DNA from: Candidatus Gastranaerophilales bacterium
GTDB lineage: Bacteria; Cyanobacteriota; Vampirovibrionia; Gastranaerophilales; Gastranaerophilaceae
Assembly (NCBI GenBank): GCA_944323675.1
Contig: CALUTK010000001.1
Coordinates: 12,806 to 76,805, forward strand
Reading direction: 5' to 3'
DNA length: 64,000 nucleotides
Of this stretch, positions 26,420 through 35,216 are shown piece by piece (position 1 is the stretch's first letter; every line of letters starts with the position of its first letter). The notes beneath the pieces are model-generated. The model worked only from the letters and a program-made list of their open reading frames with translations, searched no databases and was not told the origin of the DNA. A program made the position numbers and the translations under genes.

Positions 26420-26497
26420 AGGGATTCTTGCATTTTTTTGTCAATAATATTATAATTAAACCAATAAGTAAGAGACATAAAAGGAAACAAAGCAATA

Positions 26498-27856
26498 ATG
26501 AATGAGACGGGCAATATATTCTTTAATTTGTTTGTAATAATATTTTTGTTATTTTCAAACGGATTTTTTGTTGCATCTGAATTTGCGATGGTAAAAGTCC
26601 GAAAAACAAGAATAGAACAGTTGGTAAAGGAAGGAAATTCCACTGCCAAAATAGCACAGGAAGCGTTATCCGACTTAGATAAATTTATTGCGGCGGTTCA
26701 ACTCGGGGTCACGATATCCAGTATCGGCTTAGGTTGGGTCGGCGAAGGAACGCTTGCAAGAATAATTGAACCGATATTTTCGTTTCTGCCTGGAATTAGC
26801 CAGAACATTGCAACACATACGGTTTCAGTCTCATTATCATTTGCGCTGATAACCTTCCTCCACGTTGTAATAGGTGAACTTATACCGAAATCAATTGCAC
26901 TTGAATATACGGAAAAAACAGCACTTATTGTTGCTCGTCCGATGCAGTGGATTACTGTTGTGTTTAATCCTTTTATCTGGTTATTAAACGGATTTGGAAA
27001 TTCTTTACTGAAAATGTTCCATATTCCGCATTCCCATAAAGGTTCTATGGTACATTCGACAGAAGAACTTGACATGCTGGTTAATGCAAGCTACGACGGC
27101 GGCGTTTTGAATGAAACAGAAAAAGATATGCTGCATAACGTATTTAAATTTTCAGACTTGACGGCAAAACAGGTAATGATTCCGAGAACTGATATGGTTT
27201 GTATTCCGGAGGATATGAGTTTTGAAGATTTGAATAATCTTGCGGCAGAAAGCCAGTATACAAGATACCCGGTCTATAGCGAAGATATCGACCATATTAC
27301 AGGGTTGATTCACGTAAAAGATTTGTATTCTCTTTCTATCAAAAATCAGGAAAGGCCTATAAAAAGTCTTTTACGAGAAGTTCTTCTTGTTCCTGAAACA
27401 ATGACTATGGATAAGCTTGTCCTTGAATTCAAAAAACGCAAAGGCCAGATGGCAATAGTTGTGGATGAATTTGGCGGAACTTCCGGATTAATTACACTGG
27501 AAGATGTACTGGAAGAAATCTTTGGAGAAGTTCAGGACGAATTTGACGAAGAAGAAGAGTGTGATATTAAAGAAATTGAAACTGATAAATTCATTGCAAA
27601 CGCTATGATGCGGCTTGATGAGATGGCTGAATTCTTTAATATATCGGAAGATGCCATCGACGATGAAGATATTGATACCATTGGTGGTCTGGTCGTAAAA
27701 CTGTTAGGCAGGATTGCAAATGTTGGGGACTCGGTTCAGTTTGAGAACTTGACCTTTATTGTTAGAGAAATAGACGGGGCAAGAATTACAAAACTCGAAA
27801 TTATAAGAAAACCAGTGGAAGAAGAAGAAACAAAAGAGGAAGAATCTGAAAAATGA
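26498..27856 (+). CDS. CNNM/TlyC-family protein (DUF21 TM domain + CBS pair + CorC_HlyC)
   Basis: N-terminal 4-TM domain with ASEFA, a central CBS pair and a C-terminal transporter-associated domain. Confidence 0.85.
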   Translation: MNETGNIFFNLFVIIFLLFSNGFFVASEFAMVKVRKTRIEQLVKEGNSTAKIAQEALSDLDKFIAAVQLGVTISSIGLGWVGEGTLARIIEPIFSFLPGISQNIATHTVSVSLSFALITFLHVVIGELIPKSIALEYTEKTALIVARPMQWITVVFNPFIWLLNGFGNSLLKMFHIPHSHKGSMVHSTEELDMLVNASYDGGVLNETEKDMLHNVFKFSDLTAKQVMIPRTDMVCIPEDMSFEDLNNLAAESQYTRYPVYSEDIDHITGLIHVKDLYSLSIKNQERPIKSLLREVLLVPETMTMDKLVLEFKKRKGQMAIVVDEFGGTSGLITLEDVLEEIFGEVQDEFDEEEECDIKEIETDKFIANAMMRLDEMAEFFNISEDAIDDEDIDTIGGLVVKLLGRIANVGDSVQFENLTFIVREIDGARITKLEIIRKPVEEEETKEEESEK

Positions 27857-28797
27857 TAAATATAGCACTTGGATTCGACAGTAATTTTGCGCCCTACGCT
27901 GCTACAACAATTAAATCAATACTTCTGCATAACAAAAATGTAACTTTTTATTTGATGTATGACAACCTGAAAAAGTCAGACATAAAAAAGATTAGTTCAA
28001 TAATTGAAAGCCATAACGAAAACTATCATTGGATTGATATGTCAGGGGAATTCAATGACTTGTTCACAGGCTGCTGGAAATCGAAAACGCTGTATTTCCC
28101 TCTGAAACTACCTTCCCTTTGTAAGGATGACAGAATTTTGTTTCTTGATGCGGATACCTTTATTCTTGGCGATTTAAGTAAATTTTACAACCAGCCCCTC
28201 GACGGATATTACCTCGCTGCTGTAAATGATTACGGTATGCTGAGCGATTTAAAAACAAATAACAAATTAAAACTTGCCGATAAAACAGTTGATATAAACG
28301 AATATTTTCAAAAAATCCGCAACTGGAACAACACAGATATGCAGCGGTATTTCAACAGCGGCATGCTGTTGATGAATTTGGACGAAATGCGCCAAAACAA
28401 AGTTGAAGACAAAATGCTTGAAAGTTTAAAGTATAACAGTTTTGCTTTTCCGGATCAGGACTGTATAAATTTCGTCTGCCATGACCACGTTAAAATCGTC
28501 GAACCTAAATTCAATTTTATGGTTCTTTGCCGCTCAACCTGGGACAGACTTGATGATGAGCAAAAAGAAAAACTTCTGCCGTATAAAACGGAAAAGGAGC
28601 GTCCTTTAATTATCCATTACCTTTTAAAACCATGGAAAAAGCCGCATGAGAATATTCCGTTTTCAAAAGAATATAAAAGAGTAAAATCTGCTACTCCATA
28701 TAAAAATCATTTATCAAGGCAGGAAATATTCCAGTTTAGAATAAGTAAGAGGGGAACATATCTCATACTTTTCAATAAAACTCTTCTAAAAATATAA
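27853..28797 (+). CDS. Glycosyltransferase family 8
   Basis: ATGA-coupled to the upstream gene. Motifs LFLDADTFILGD (DxD), YFNSGMLLMNL, DQDCIN. Confidence 0.8.
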   Translation: MINIALGFDSNFAPYAATTIKSILLHNKNVTFYLMYDNLKKSDIKKISSIIESHNENYHWIDMSGEFNDLFTGCWKSKTLYFPLKLPSLCKDDRILFLDADTFILGDLSKFYNQPLDGYYLAAVNDYGMLSDLKTNNKLKLADKTVDINEYFQKIRNWNNTDMQRYFNSGMLLMNLDEMRQNKVEDKMLESLKYNSFAFPDQDCINFVCHDHVKIVEPKFNFMVLCRSTWDRLDDEQKEKLLPYKTEKERPLIIHYLLKPWKKPHENIPFSKEYKRVKSATPYKNHLSRQEIFQFRISKRGTYLILFNKTLLKI

Positions 28798-28939
28798 AAC
28801 TTTCAAGCTATGCAAAATTGCAGTACCGCCACGAGATATGGGATTTCGGGCGGTTTCTAGGATAACATCAATGTAAAGTGTGAATACCATATTTTATAAG
28901 GAATGTGATGAGTGAGTGCCGGAAGAATTTGCTATAAGA

Positions 28940-29118
28940 CCCCTCACCCGAATTTCTAAGCTCACTGAGGTTCGCTAAGAAATTCTACACTCAGCACAAG
29001 GCATACAGGGTCACACGCTTCGCACAGCTCAGCGGTTCCCTTTGTATCCCTCGCCCCTTGAGGGAGAGGGAAGAATTTGTTAATGAGCGTTAGCGAATTT
29101 ACAAATTCGGGTGAGGGG
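28940..29118. repeat. 179-bp element bounded by perfect 16-bp inverted repeats
   Basis: cccctcacccgaattt (28940..28955) pairs with aaattcgggtgagggg (29103..29118). The arms share ttcgctaa and gctca blocks. No target-site duplication seen. Confidence 0.7.
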
Positions 29119-29164
29119 TTCAATAAAAAATAAGAGTCTTTTCACTCTTCCCCTCACTATTTTT

Positions 29165-29302
29165 CACCCTCTCCTGTCCTGCGGACACCCTCTCCCAAAG
29201 GGAGAGGGTATAAAAGAAAGCCTTTCAACTATTCACCTGTTCAACCCTTCAGCCTTTCAACTAAAACTTGCACTTCACTCCTCACTCTTCACCTCTCACT
29301 TT
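29165..29302 (+). repeat. Composite hairpin repeat unit U2
   Basis: Hairpin accctctccc-aaa-gggagagggt (29187..29209), then cctttcaac blocks, then a degenerate CACTCYT tail at 29271..29302. Confidence 0.8.
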
Positions 29303-29380
29303 CCAAAGGCTGGATTGCTTCGCTGTCGCTCGCAATGACGTATTCTATGCTTCCGGAATGACGTAAATACTATTAACATC

Positions 29381-29539
29381 GCCCCCTCACCCCTACCCCC
29401 TCTCCCAAAGGGAGAGGGGAGAAGAAAACCGTTTATCCGTTCAGTTTTCAACTACTTTATATTGATCCCTTCACTCCTCACTCTTCACTCTTCACTCTTC
29501 ACTCCTCACTCTTCACTCCTCACTCTTCACTCCTCACTT
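29381..29539 (+). repeat. Composite hairpin repeat unit U3 with expanded heptamer array
   Basis: Hairpin cccctctccc-aaa-gggagagggg (29397..29419), then ttttcaac, then 9 full CACTC(C/T)T units plus a partial one at 29472..29539. Confidence 0.9.
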
Positions 29540-29701
29540 AACTGTACTTAATGTCTTATAGTCCTAACGACATGTCCATTCAGTACTATATCCCCTACAC
29601 ACTTTAGTAAAATTTTAACTTTTCCTCTTTTTAAATGATGTGGCAAAACCCGAATGTTATAGAATAGAAATGTAAAGAAATTTTAACAATCGGGTAAATT
29701 A

Positions 29702-30529
29702 ATGGATCAAAGTTTTGATTTCACATCTTACAACAACATAAAAAGAATGTCTGAAGAAGAATTAACGGCTTTGTGGGAGGAATATTTTAAGGACAAAACA
29801 AATAAAGAAGCCCGCGACACGCTGATTGTTCAATATATTTACCTGATAAGATACGTTGTGGGAAGGGTTAAGGTGACGCTTCCTGCCACTATTTCCATTG
29901 AGGATATTGCCGGATACGGGGTGGAAGGGCTTATTAATGCTATTGAAAGATATTCCCCGCAGAAGAATACAAGGTTTGAAACCTACGCACTTATCAGAAT
30001 CAGGGGGGCAATTTTAGATAAAATCCGCTCTGAAGATTTTCTTCCGAGAAGCGTGAGAAAAAAACTTAAAGAAATTAAAAATGCTCAGGAAGAATTAAAG
30101 CAGACTCTCGGTCGAATGCCGACAACCGCAGAAGTTGCGCAGGCGCTTGATATGGAGCCGGAAAAAGTTACCCAGATTTTATCGGAAGATGCTACAATGA
30201 CGTCTATTTACGATAAAAAGGGCAATACTGATGATAGTGTTGAAATTATAGATACAATTCAGGATACGCATAAATTAAATCCGCAGGAGCAGATGGAAGA
30301 AAAGAACGTTAAATACGAACTTGAAAAAGCTCTGAAGCGGCTTCCGGAACGTGAACGCATTATAATGGTTTTATATTATCAGGAAAACATGACTCTGAAA
30401 GAAATCGGCGCGACAATAAATATGTCAGAATCGCGTGTCTGCCAGCTTCACGCGCAGGCAATTATGAAACTTAAAAACATTCTCAGCGAAAACAGAACTT
30501 CCCGCATGCGCCAGAGTATTATCGCGTAA
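29702..30529 (+). CDS. fliA: RNA polymerase sigma factor, FliA/WhiG (sigma-28) family
   Basis: Region 2 (YGVEGLINAIERY, FETYALIRIRGAILDKIR), region 3, and region 4.2 (MTLKEIGATINMSESRVCQLHAQAIMKLK). Confidence 0.8.
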   Translation: MDQSFDFTSYNNIKRMSEEELTALWEEYFKDKTNKEARDTLIVQYIYLIRYVVGRVKVTLPATISIEDIAGYGVEGLINAIERYSPQKNTRFETYALIRIRGAILDKIRSEDFLPRSVRKKLKEIKNAQEELKQTLGRMPTTAEVAQALDMEPEKVTQILSEDATMTSIYDKKGNTDDSVEIIDTIQDTHKLNPQEQMEEKNVKYELEKALKRLPERERIIMVLYYQENMTLKEIGATINMSESRVCQLHAQAIMKLKNILSENRTSRMRQSIIA

Positions 30530-31070
30530 TATCGTAATCGAATATTACAAAGTCAATTCGTCTGTCACTGAATCCTTTTTGAGAAACATTTTCCTTAAAC
30601 GGCATCATATTGCCGTAGCCCAGTGCAAAAATTCTATCAGGGTTAATTTTTCCGATTTTTACAAGATAATCGGCGACAGCAGTTGCCCGCGCTATTGAAA
30701 GTTCCCAATCAGTCTTGTATATTCCGCTATAACTGAGGACTTCATCGGTGTGGCTTTCTATAACGCAGTTATTGTCATAATTTTGCAGAACTGATATTAT
30801 GCCGTTTAAAATAGTTGCGCCTGAGGGTTTAATTTTATTGCTTGCGGTGTTGAAAAATAAATCTTCTTCTATGCTTAAGATGAGTCCTCTCGGAACAGCA
30901 GTATAGGCGACAGTGTTATCTTTTGGAAGGACTGCTGAGAGCGCATGGTAGATTTCCCGGAGTTTATAGTCATACTTTGTCCTCAGGTATAAATTAGGTG
31001 CACTCAAAGCCGGATATAAGCTATATGCAAATAAACAACAGGATATAATTATTTTAAGGAAGTCTTTCAA
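30519..31070 (-). CDS. OmpA/MotB-domain protein with signal peptide
   Basis: C-terminal peptidoglycan-binding fold: ESHTDEV...WELSIARATAVADYLV...GYGNMMPF...RRIDFVI. Its 3' end overlaps fliA by 11 nt. Confidence 0.75.
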   Translation of the reverse strand: MKDFLKIIISCCLFAYSLYPALSAPNLYLRTKYDYKLREIYHALSAVLPKDNTVAYTAVPRGLILSIEEDLFFNTASNKIKPSGATILNGIISVLQNYDNNCVIESHTDEVLSYSGIYKTDWELSIARATAVADYLVKIGKINPDRIFALGYGNMMPFKENVSQKGFSDRRIDFVIFDYDITR

Positions 31071-31170
31071 CTCAACGCACCTCTATCCGGAATATTATGA
31101 AACAATGGGTGACGGATAACTATTCTCCTGCAAGATTATATGGCAGGCGTATTGCGTTCTATAACAAAAA

Positions 31171-31199
31171 TTGCATTAAAAGTTTTTTTTAGTTATAAT
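31171..31199 (+). promoter_or_regulatory. Sigma70-type promoter for mtnP
   Basis: TTGCAT, 17 nt, TATAAT. It lies inside the track's extended ORF, which supports the ATG at 31242. Confidence 0.6.
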
Positions 31200-31241
31200 T
31201 TCCCTGACGTGACAATTATGCATAAAGAAAGGGAAAAGGAT

Positions 31242-32045
31242 ATGTCTGATAAAAAATTAGCAACAATCGGAGTTTTCGGAGGTTCAGGATTTTATAAATT
31301 TCTTGATAACATAGAAGAAGTAAAAGTTGAAACGCCTTACGGAATGCCGAGTGATAATTTATTAATCGGACAGATTGGACCGCATAAGGTGGCATTTATG
31401 CCTCGTCACGGCAGAAACCATACTATCCTGCCTCATTTAATCAACTACAGAGCAAATGTCTGGGCAATGAAATCAGTTGGTGTAGAAAGAGTGATTTCAC
31501 CGTGTGCGGCAGGAAGTTTGCAAAAACATGTAAAACCGGGAGACTTTGTAATCTGCGACCAGTTTGTAGACTGGACTGACGGCAGAAAAACAACATTCTT
31601 TGAAGGCCCTGTAGTTACTCACCCGTCTGCAGCTGATCCTTATTGTCCTGAATTAAGAAAACTGGCTATTAAAACAGGTAAAGATTTAGGTATAACTATT
31701 CATGAAACAGGAACTGTTGTCGTAATAAACGGCCCGAGATTTTCAACAAAAGCTGAATCGAAATTCTTCACAAATCAGGGCTGGGAAGTTATTAATATGA
31801 CGGCGTTTCCGGAAGCATATCTCGTTAAAGAAGCTGATATGTGTCCTTTAAATATTTCTTTAATTACAGACTACGATGCAGGTCTTGTCGGCGATGTTCC
31901 GCCAGTTTCGCACCATGAAGTTATTGAAGTGTTCAATTCAAACCTTGCAAATCTTAAAAACTTACTCTTTAATATGATTGAACAGATTCCTGCTGAAAGA
32001 AAAGAGTGCGAATGCGCGCTGACTAAAAAGAAATCACAATTATAG
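31242..32045 (+). CDS. mtnP: S-methyl-5'-thioadenosine phosphorylase
   Basis: IGVFGGSGFY, FMPRHGRNHTILPHLINYRANVWAMKSVGV, and NMT...E blocks typical of MTAP. Confidence 0.85.
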   Translation: MSDKKLATIGVFGGSGFYKFLDNIEEVKVETPYGMPSDNLLIGQIGPHKVAFMPRHGRNHTILPHLINYRANVWAMKSVGVERVISPCAAGSLQKHVKPGDFVICDQFVDWTDGRKTTFFEGPVVTHPSAADPYCPELRKLAIKTGKDLGITIHETGTVVVINGPRFSTKAESKFFTNQGWEVINMTAFPEAYLVKEADMCPLNISLITDYDAGLVGDVPPVSHHEVIEVFNSNLANLKNLLFNMIEQIPAERKECECALTKKKSQL

Positions 32046-32055
32046 GTTATAAAAA

Positions 32056-32334
32056 ATGATTCAAGGCTTAATCAACGGTATAAATAACATATTCCTGCTT
32101 TTTTATGTGGTTATTCTTTTGAGAATATTCTTAAGCTGGATACCGAATGTAGATTGGTACAAGCAGCCGTGGTTCACAATAAGGAATGTTGCTGATGCGT
32201 ATTTAGGTATATTTAGGAAATTCATTCCGCCTTATGCGGGATTGGATTTCTCGCCGATTGTGGCTCTTATTGTGCTTCAAATTATACAGCAGCTTATAAT
32301 TTATGCGGTTGCAATAATAGGTGGATTGGTATGA
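32056..32334 (+). CDS. yggT: YggT-family membrane protein
   Basis: 92 aa with two TM helices and the LLRIFLSWIP motif. Confidence 0.8.
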   Translation: MIQGLINGINNIFLLFYVVILLRIFLSWIPNVDWYKQPWFTIRNVADAYLGIFRKFIPPYAGLDFSPIVALIVLQIIQQLIIYAVAIIGGLV

Positions 32335-33680
32335 AAATTATAATCTTCGGGGCAACGGAAGTCGGCTGCCTTTTGGCTACGGAATTTTTTGAAGATCACG
32401 ATATCACGATTATAGATAAGGAAGAAAATAGAACTGACGAATTCTCCAAACTTGATATTAGCTTTGTTACCGGTAATGTCTGCGATATCGGGACATTAAA
32501 ATGTGCTGAAGTCGAAAATGCGGATGTATTTATTGCATGCACGGCAATTGATGAAGCAAATATTGTTGCCTGCCTTTCGGCAAAACGTATCTGCGGCATC
32601 AGGACGATTTGTTTTGTAAGCAAAGAGGAATATAAAAATACTCTCTATTTTGAAAAAAATAATATAAATACAGGCGACTTTTTCATTGATTACATAATCT
32701 GGCCGGAAGAACTTTTGACTCAGGATATATTTAGAATTGTGACAGTTGCAAAGGCGCTTGATGTTGAAAACTTTGCAGACGGCAACGCAAGGTTGCTGGA
32801 ATATAAAGTTACTCCTAATTTAAAAATCGTCGGACAAAAGATTAAAGACTGCGGATTCACCAATGACACGATTATAGTCGGGATTACAAGAAACAGTGAG
32901 CTGTTTATACCGAACGGGGACACGGAAATCTTAGCGGATGACAAACTCATTTTTATGGGGACGGCGCATTCTCTTGATATTCTTGCGGGAACGTTTTTCC
33001 ACGAAAAAGAAATTGTCAAAAACGTTGCAATAATCGGCGGCGGTACGGTTGGTTTTATGCTTGCCAAAAACCTTGAGACTCTGAAAATTAAAACAAAAAT
33101 AATAGAAAGAAACTATCCGCGCTGTGAATATCTTGCGCAGGAATTAAAGAACACTCTGATAATCCACGGCGACGGAACTGATTTAAAACTTCTTGATGAA
33201 GAGGAAATCGGGTCAGCCGACGTTGTGATAAGCGTCACCAATAACGATGAAAAAAATCTTCTCTGTTCGCTTCTGGCAAAACAGTTGGGCGTAAATCGGG
33301 TTATTGCAAGAGTTGCAAAAGTTTTGAATATACCGCTTTTTGAAAAAGTTGGTATTGATGTTGCGATTTCGCCTAAGAATTCAGCGCTCGCGGAGGTTAA
33401 AAATGATTTAGCCGAGAATAACGTGGATATTCTGGCAACCGTTGAACAGGGGCTTGGCGAGGTTTTGGAAATCAGAGTGAAACCGGAATTTGACGGCAGA
33501 AAGGTTATGGAATTAAAATTTCCGACCCCTGCAATTATCGGGGTAATTCAGCGCCATAACAAAGTAATTATTCCTTATGGTATGACGGAATTAAAATACG
33601 ATGATATTTTGATTATCTTTACAAGAGCGGAAGATGGCGATGCTGTAAAGGAATTTTTTAAGGCAGGGAGCAGCAAATAA
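32331..33680 (+). CDS. trkA: Trk potassium uptake protein TrkA (two RCK/NAD-binding modules)
   Basis: Duplicated Rossmann plus TrkA_C modules (IIIFGATEVG; VAIIGGGTVG). Overlaps yggT by 4 nt. Confidence 0.88.
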   Translation: MKIIIFGATEVGCLLATEFFEDHDITIIDKEENRTDEFSKLDISFVTGNVCDIGTLKCAEVENADVFIACTAIDEANIVACLSAKRICGIRTICFVSKEEYKNTLYFEKNNINTGDFFIDYIIWPEELLTQDIFRIVTVAKALDVENFADGNARLLEYKVTPNLKIVGQKIKDCGFTNDTIIVGITRNSELFIPNGDTEILADDKLIFMGTAHSLDILAGTFFHEKEIVKNVAIIGGGTVGFMLAKNLETLKIKTKIIERNYPRCEYLAQELKNTLIIHGDGTDLKLLDEEEIGSADVVISVTNNDEKNLLCSLLAKQLGVNRVIARVAKVLNIPLFEKVGIDVAISPKNSALAEVKNDLAENNVDILATVEQGLGEVLEIRVKPEFDGRKVMELKFPTPAIIGVIQRHNKVIIPYGMTELKYDDILIIFTRAEDGDAVKEFFKAGSSK

Positions 33681-35149
33681 TGCGAATAAATTATATTGCA
33701 ACCGCACTCGGTATAATATTGATGTATATAAGCCTTGTGATACTTGTACCGATAATTGTAGCGTTGATTGACGGAGATTTCAGCTCAATAATACCGTTTT
33801 TTACTGCAAGCGTAATATCCGCATCTTCAGGGTTTGCTATAAAAAAACTTTTACAGGGTGAAGAAATTCCGGAAAATCTAAACGATATAAAAAAAGCGGA
33901 AGCCTTATTTATAGTTGCGGTTTCGTGGATACTGTTCGGGGTAATTTCTGCGATACCGTATTTATTTTACAATCTGAGTCCGTTGGACAGTTTATTTGAA
34001 TCTGTATCAGGAATTACAACAACAGGTGCTACAATCATAACTAATTACGATTACCCGAAAGCCTTCTTTTTCTGGCGGTCATTTACCCAGTGGCTCGGGG
34101 GTTTAGGAATAATCGTGTTATTCATAGCGATATTGCCACAGTTTGCGGTTGCCGGACGACAGATGTTTTTCGCAGAAGCTCCGGGGCCGACGGAGGATAA
34201 ATTTACTCCGAGAATCAGGAACACTGCATCTGCCCTGTGGAAAATTTATACCGGATTGACTATCATTCAGATTGTACTTTTAATTTTTGGCGGAATGCCG
34301 TTATTTGATTCAATATGTAATTCGCTATCGACCGTTGCCGCTGGGGGATTTTCGCCGAATCCCGAAAGTATTATGGGATATCATTCAAACTATATAACCT
34401 GGGTTACAATTGTTTTTATGTTCCTGGCCGGAACCAGTTTCAACTTACTTTATAAGGTTATAAACAAAAAAAATCCGTTATTATTATTTAAAAATGATGA
34501 ATTCAAATTATATACTTTAATATTTCTTGTATTGAGCGGATTGATTGCAATTGCGCTGGTCGTGAACAATAATTATTCAATATTTGAAGGAATAACGCAT
34601 GCACTTTATCAGGTAATAACACTTATGACCTCAACGGGAAGTGCAAGTGTTGATTTTGCTAAATGGGATATCACGGCAAAACTGTTGCTATTCATAGCGA
34701 TGTTCACAGGAGCATGCGCAAGTTCAGCCGGCGGCGGCATAAAAATTGCAAGATGGGCGCTGGTGTTTAAATCTTTGAAAGCTGAACTTGTGAGAATTCT
34801 CCATCCGAATGCAATAGTTAATATAAAAATGGATAACGTGACTGTTGCGCCTGAGGTTATCAGACAGACAATTGTCTTTATAATGTATTATTTTATGATA
34901 TTTGCAATCGGAGCGCTTGCGATAGGTTTGCTGGAACAAGATGCCGCAATCGGACTTACAAGTTCTATAACATCTGTGGGAAACATCGGCCCGGGGTTTG
35001 GAACAATAACAGGCCCCATGGGCAGTTTTAGTTCACTTCATCCTGTATCAAAGATGATAATGATTGCATCAATGCTAATCGGCAGGCTTGAAATCATTCC
35101 GTTTTTTGTAATGCTGGAAGCTGATTTCTGGAATTTTAAAGACAATTAA
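33680..35149 (+). CDS. trkH: TrkH/KtrB-family potassium transporter
   Basis: Polytopic protein with repeated selectivity-filter-like motifs (TTTGAT, AAGGFS, STGSAS, SAGGGIK). TAATG-coupled to trkA. Confidence 0.88.
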   Translation: MRINYIATALGIILMYISLVILVPIIVALIDGDFSSIIPFFTASVISASSGFAIKKLLQGEEIPENLNDIKKAEALFIVAVSWILFGVISAIPYLFYNLSPLDSLFESVSGITTTGATIITNYDYPKAFFFWRSFTQWLGGLGIIVLFIAILPQFAVAGRQMFFAEAPGPTEDKFTPRIRNTASALWKIYTGLTIIQIVLLIFGGMPLFDSICNSLSTVAAGGFSPNPESIMGYHSNYITWVTIVFMFLAGTSFNLLYKVINKKNPLLLFKNDEFKLYTLIFLVLSGLIAIALVVNNNYSIFEGITHALYQVITLMTSTGSASVDFAKWDITAKLLLFIAMFTGACASSAGGGIKIARWALVFKSLKAELVRILHPNAIVNIKMDNVTVAPEVIRQTIVFIMYYFMIFAIGALAIGLLEQDAAIGLTSSITSVGNIGPGFGTITGPMGSFSSLHPVSKMIMIASMLIGRLEIIPFFVMLEADFWNFKDN

Positions 35150-35216
35150 AAAACATACAATTTCCTTTATCGGAATGATTAAAATGAACAATTAATATGG
35201 TTTAATCGTTAGTATA

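Noticed and set aside
29111-29338. 75-aa ORF in repeat nest B, and similar ORFs at 25056..25286, 49193..49468, 49291..49518 and 60232..60504
   Set aside because: All of them read straight through hairpin repeats and give repeat-derived pseudo-peptides (HPLPKGEGIK, PPDTLSQRERVG, ILKQVQDDK). None has an SD, and their boundaries follow the repeat modules rather than gene-like structure.
29472-29539. Possible CRISPR array
   Set aside because: This is a contiguous 7-nt tandem repeat without spacers. The other GC-rich hairpins are irregularly spaced and non-identical, and no cas genes are present. It is not CRISPR.
29641-29666. TGGCA upstream of fliA as a sigma-54 -24 element, and a TGTTATAGA extended -10
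   Set aside because: There is no TTGC(A/T) at the required 5-nt spacing, so it is not a sigma-54 promoter. The extended -10 lacks a credible -35 and cannot be told apart from background in AT-rich DNA.
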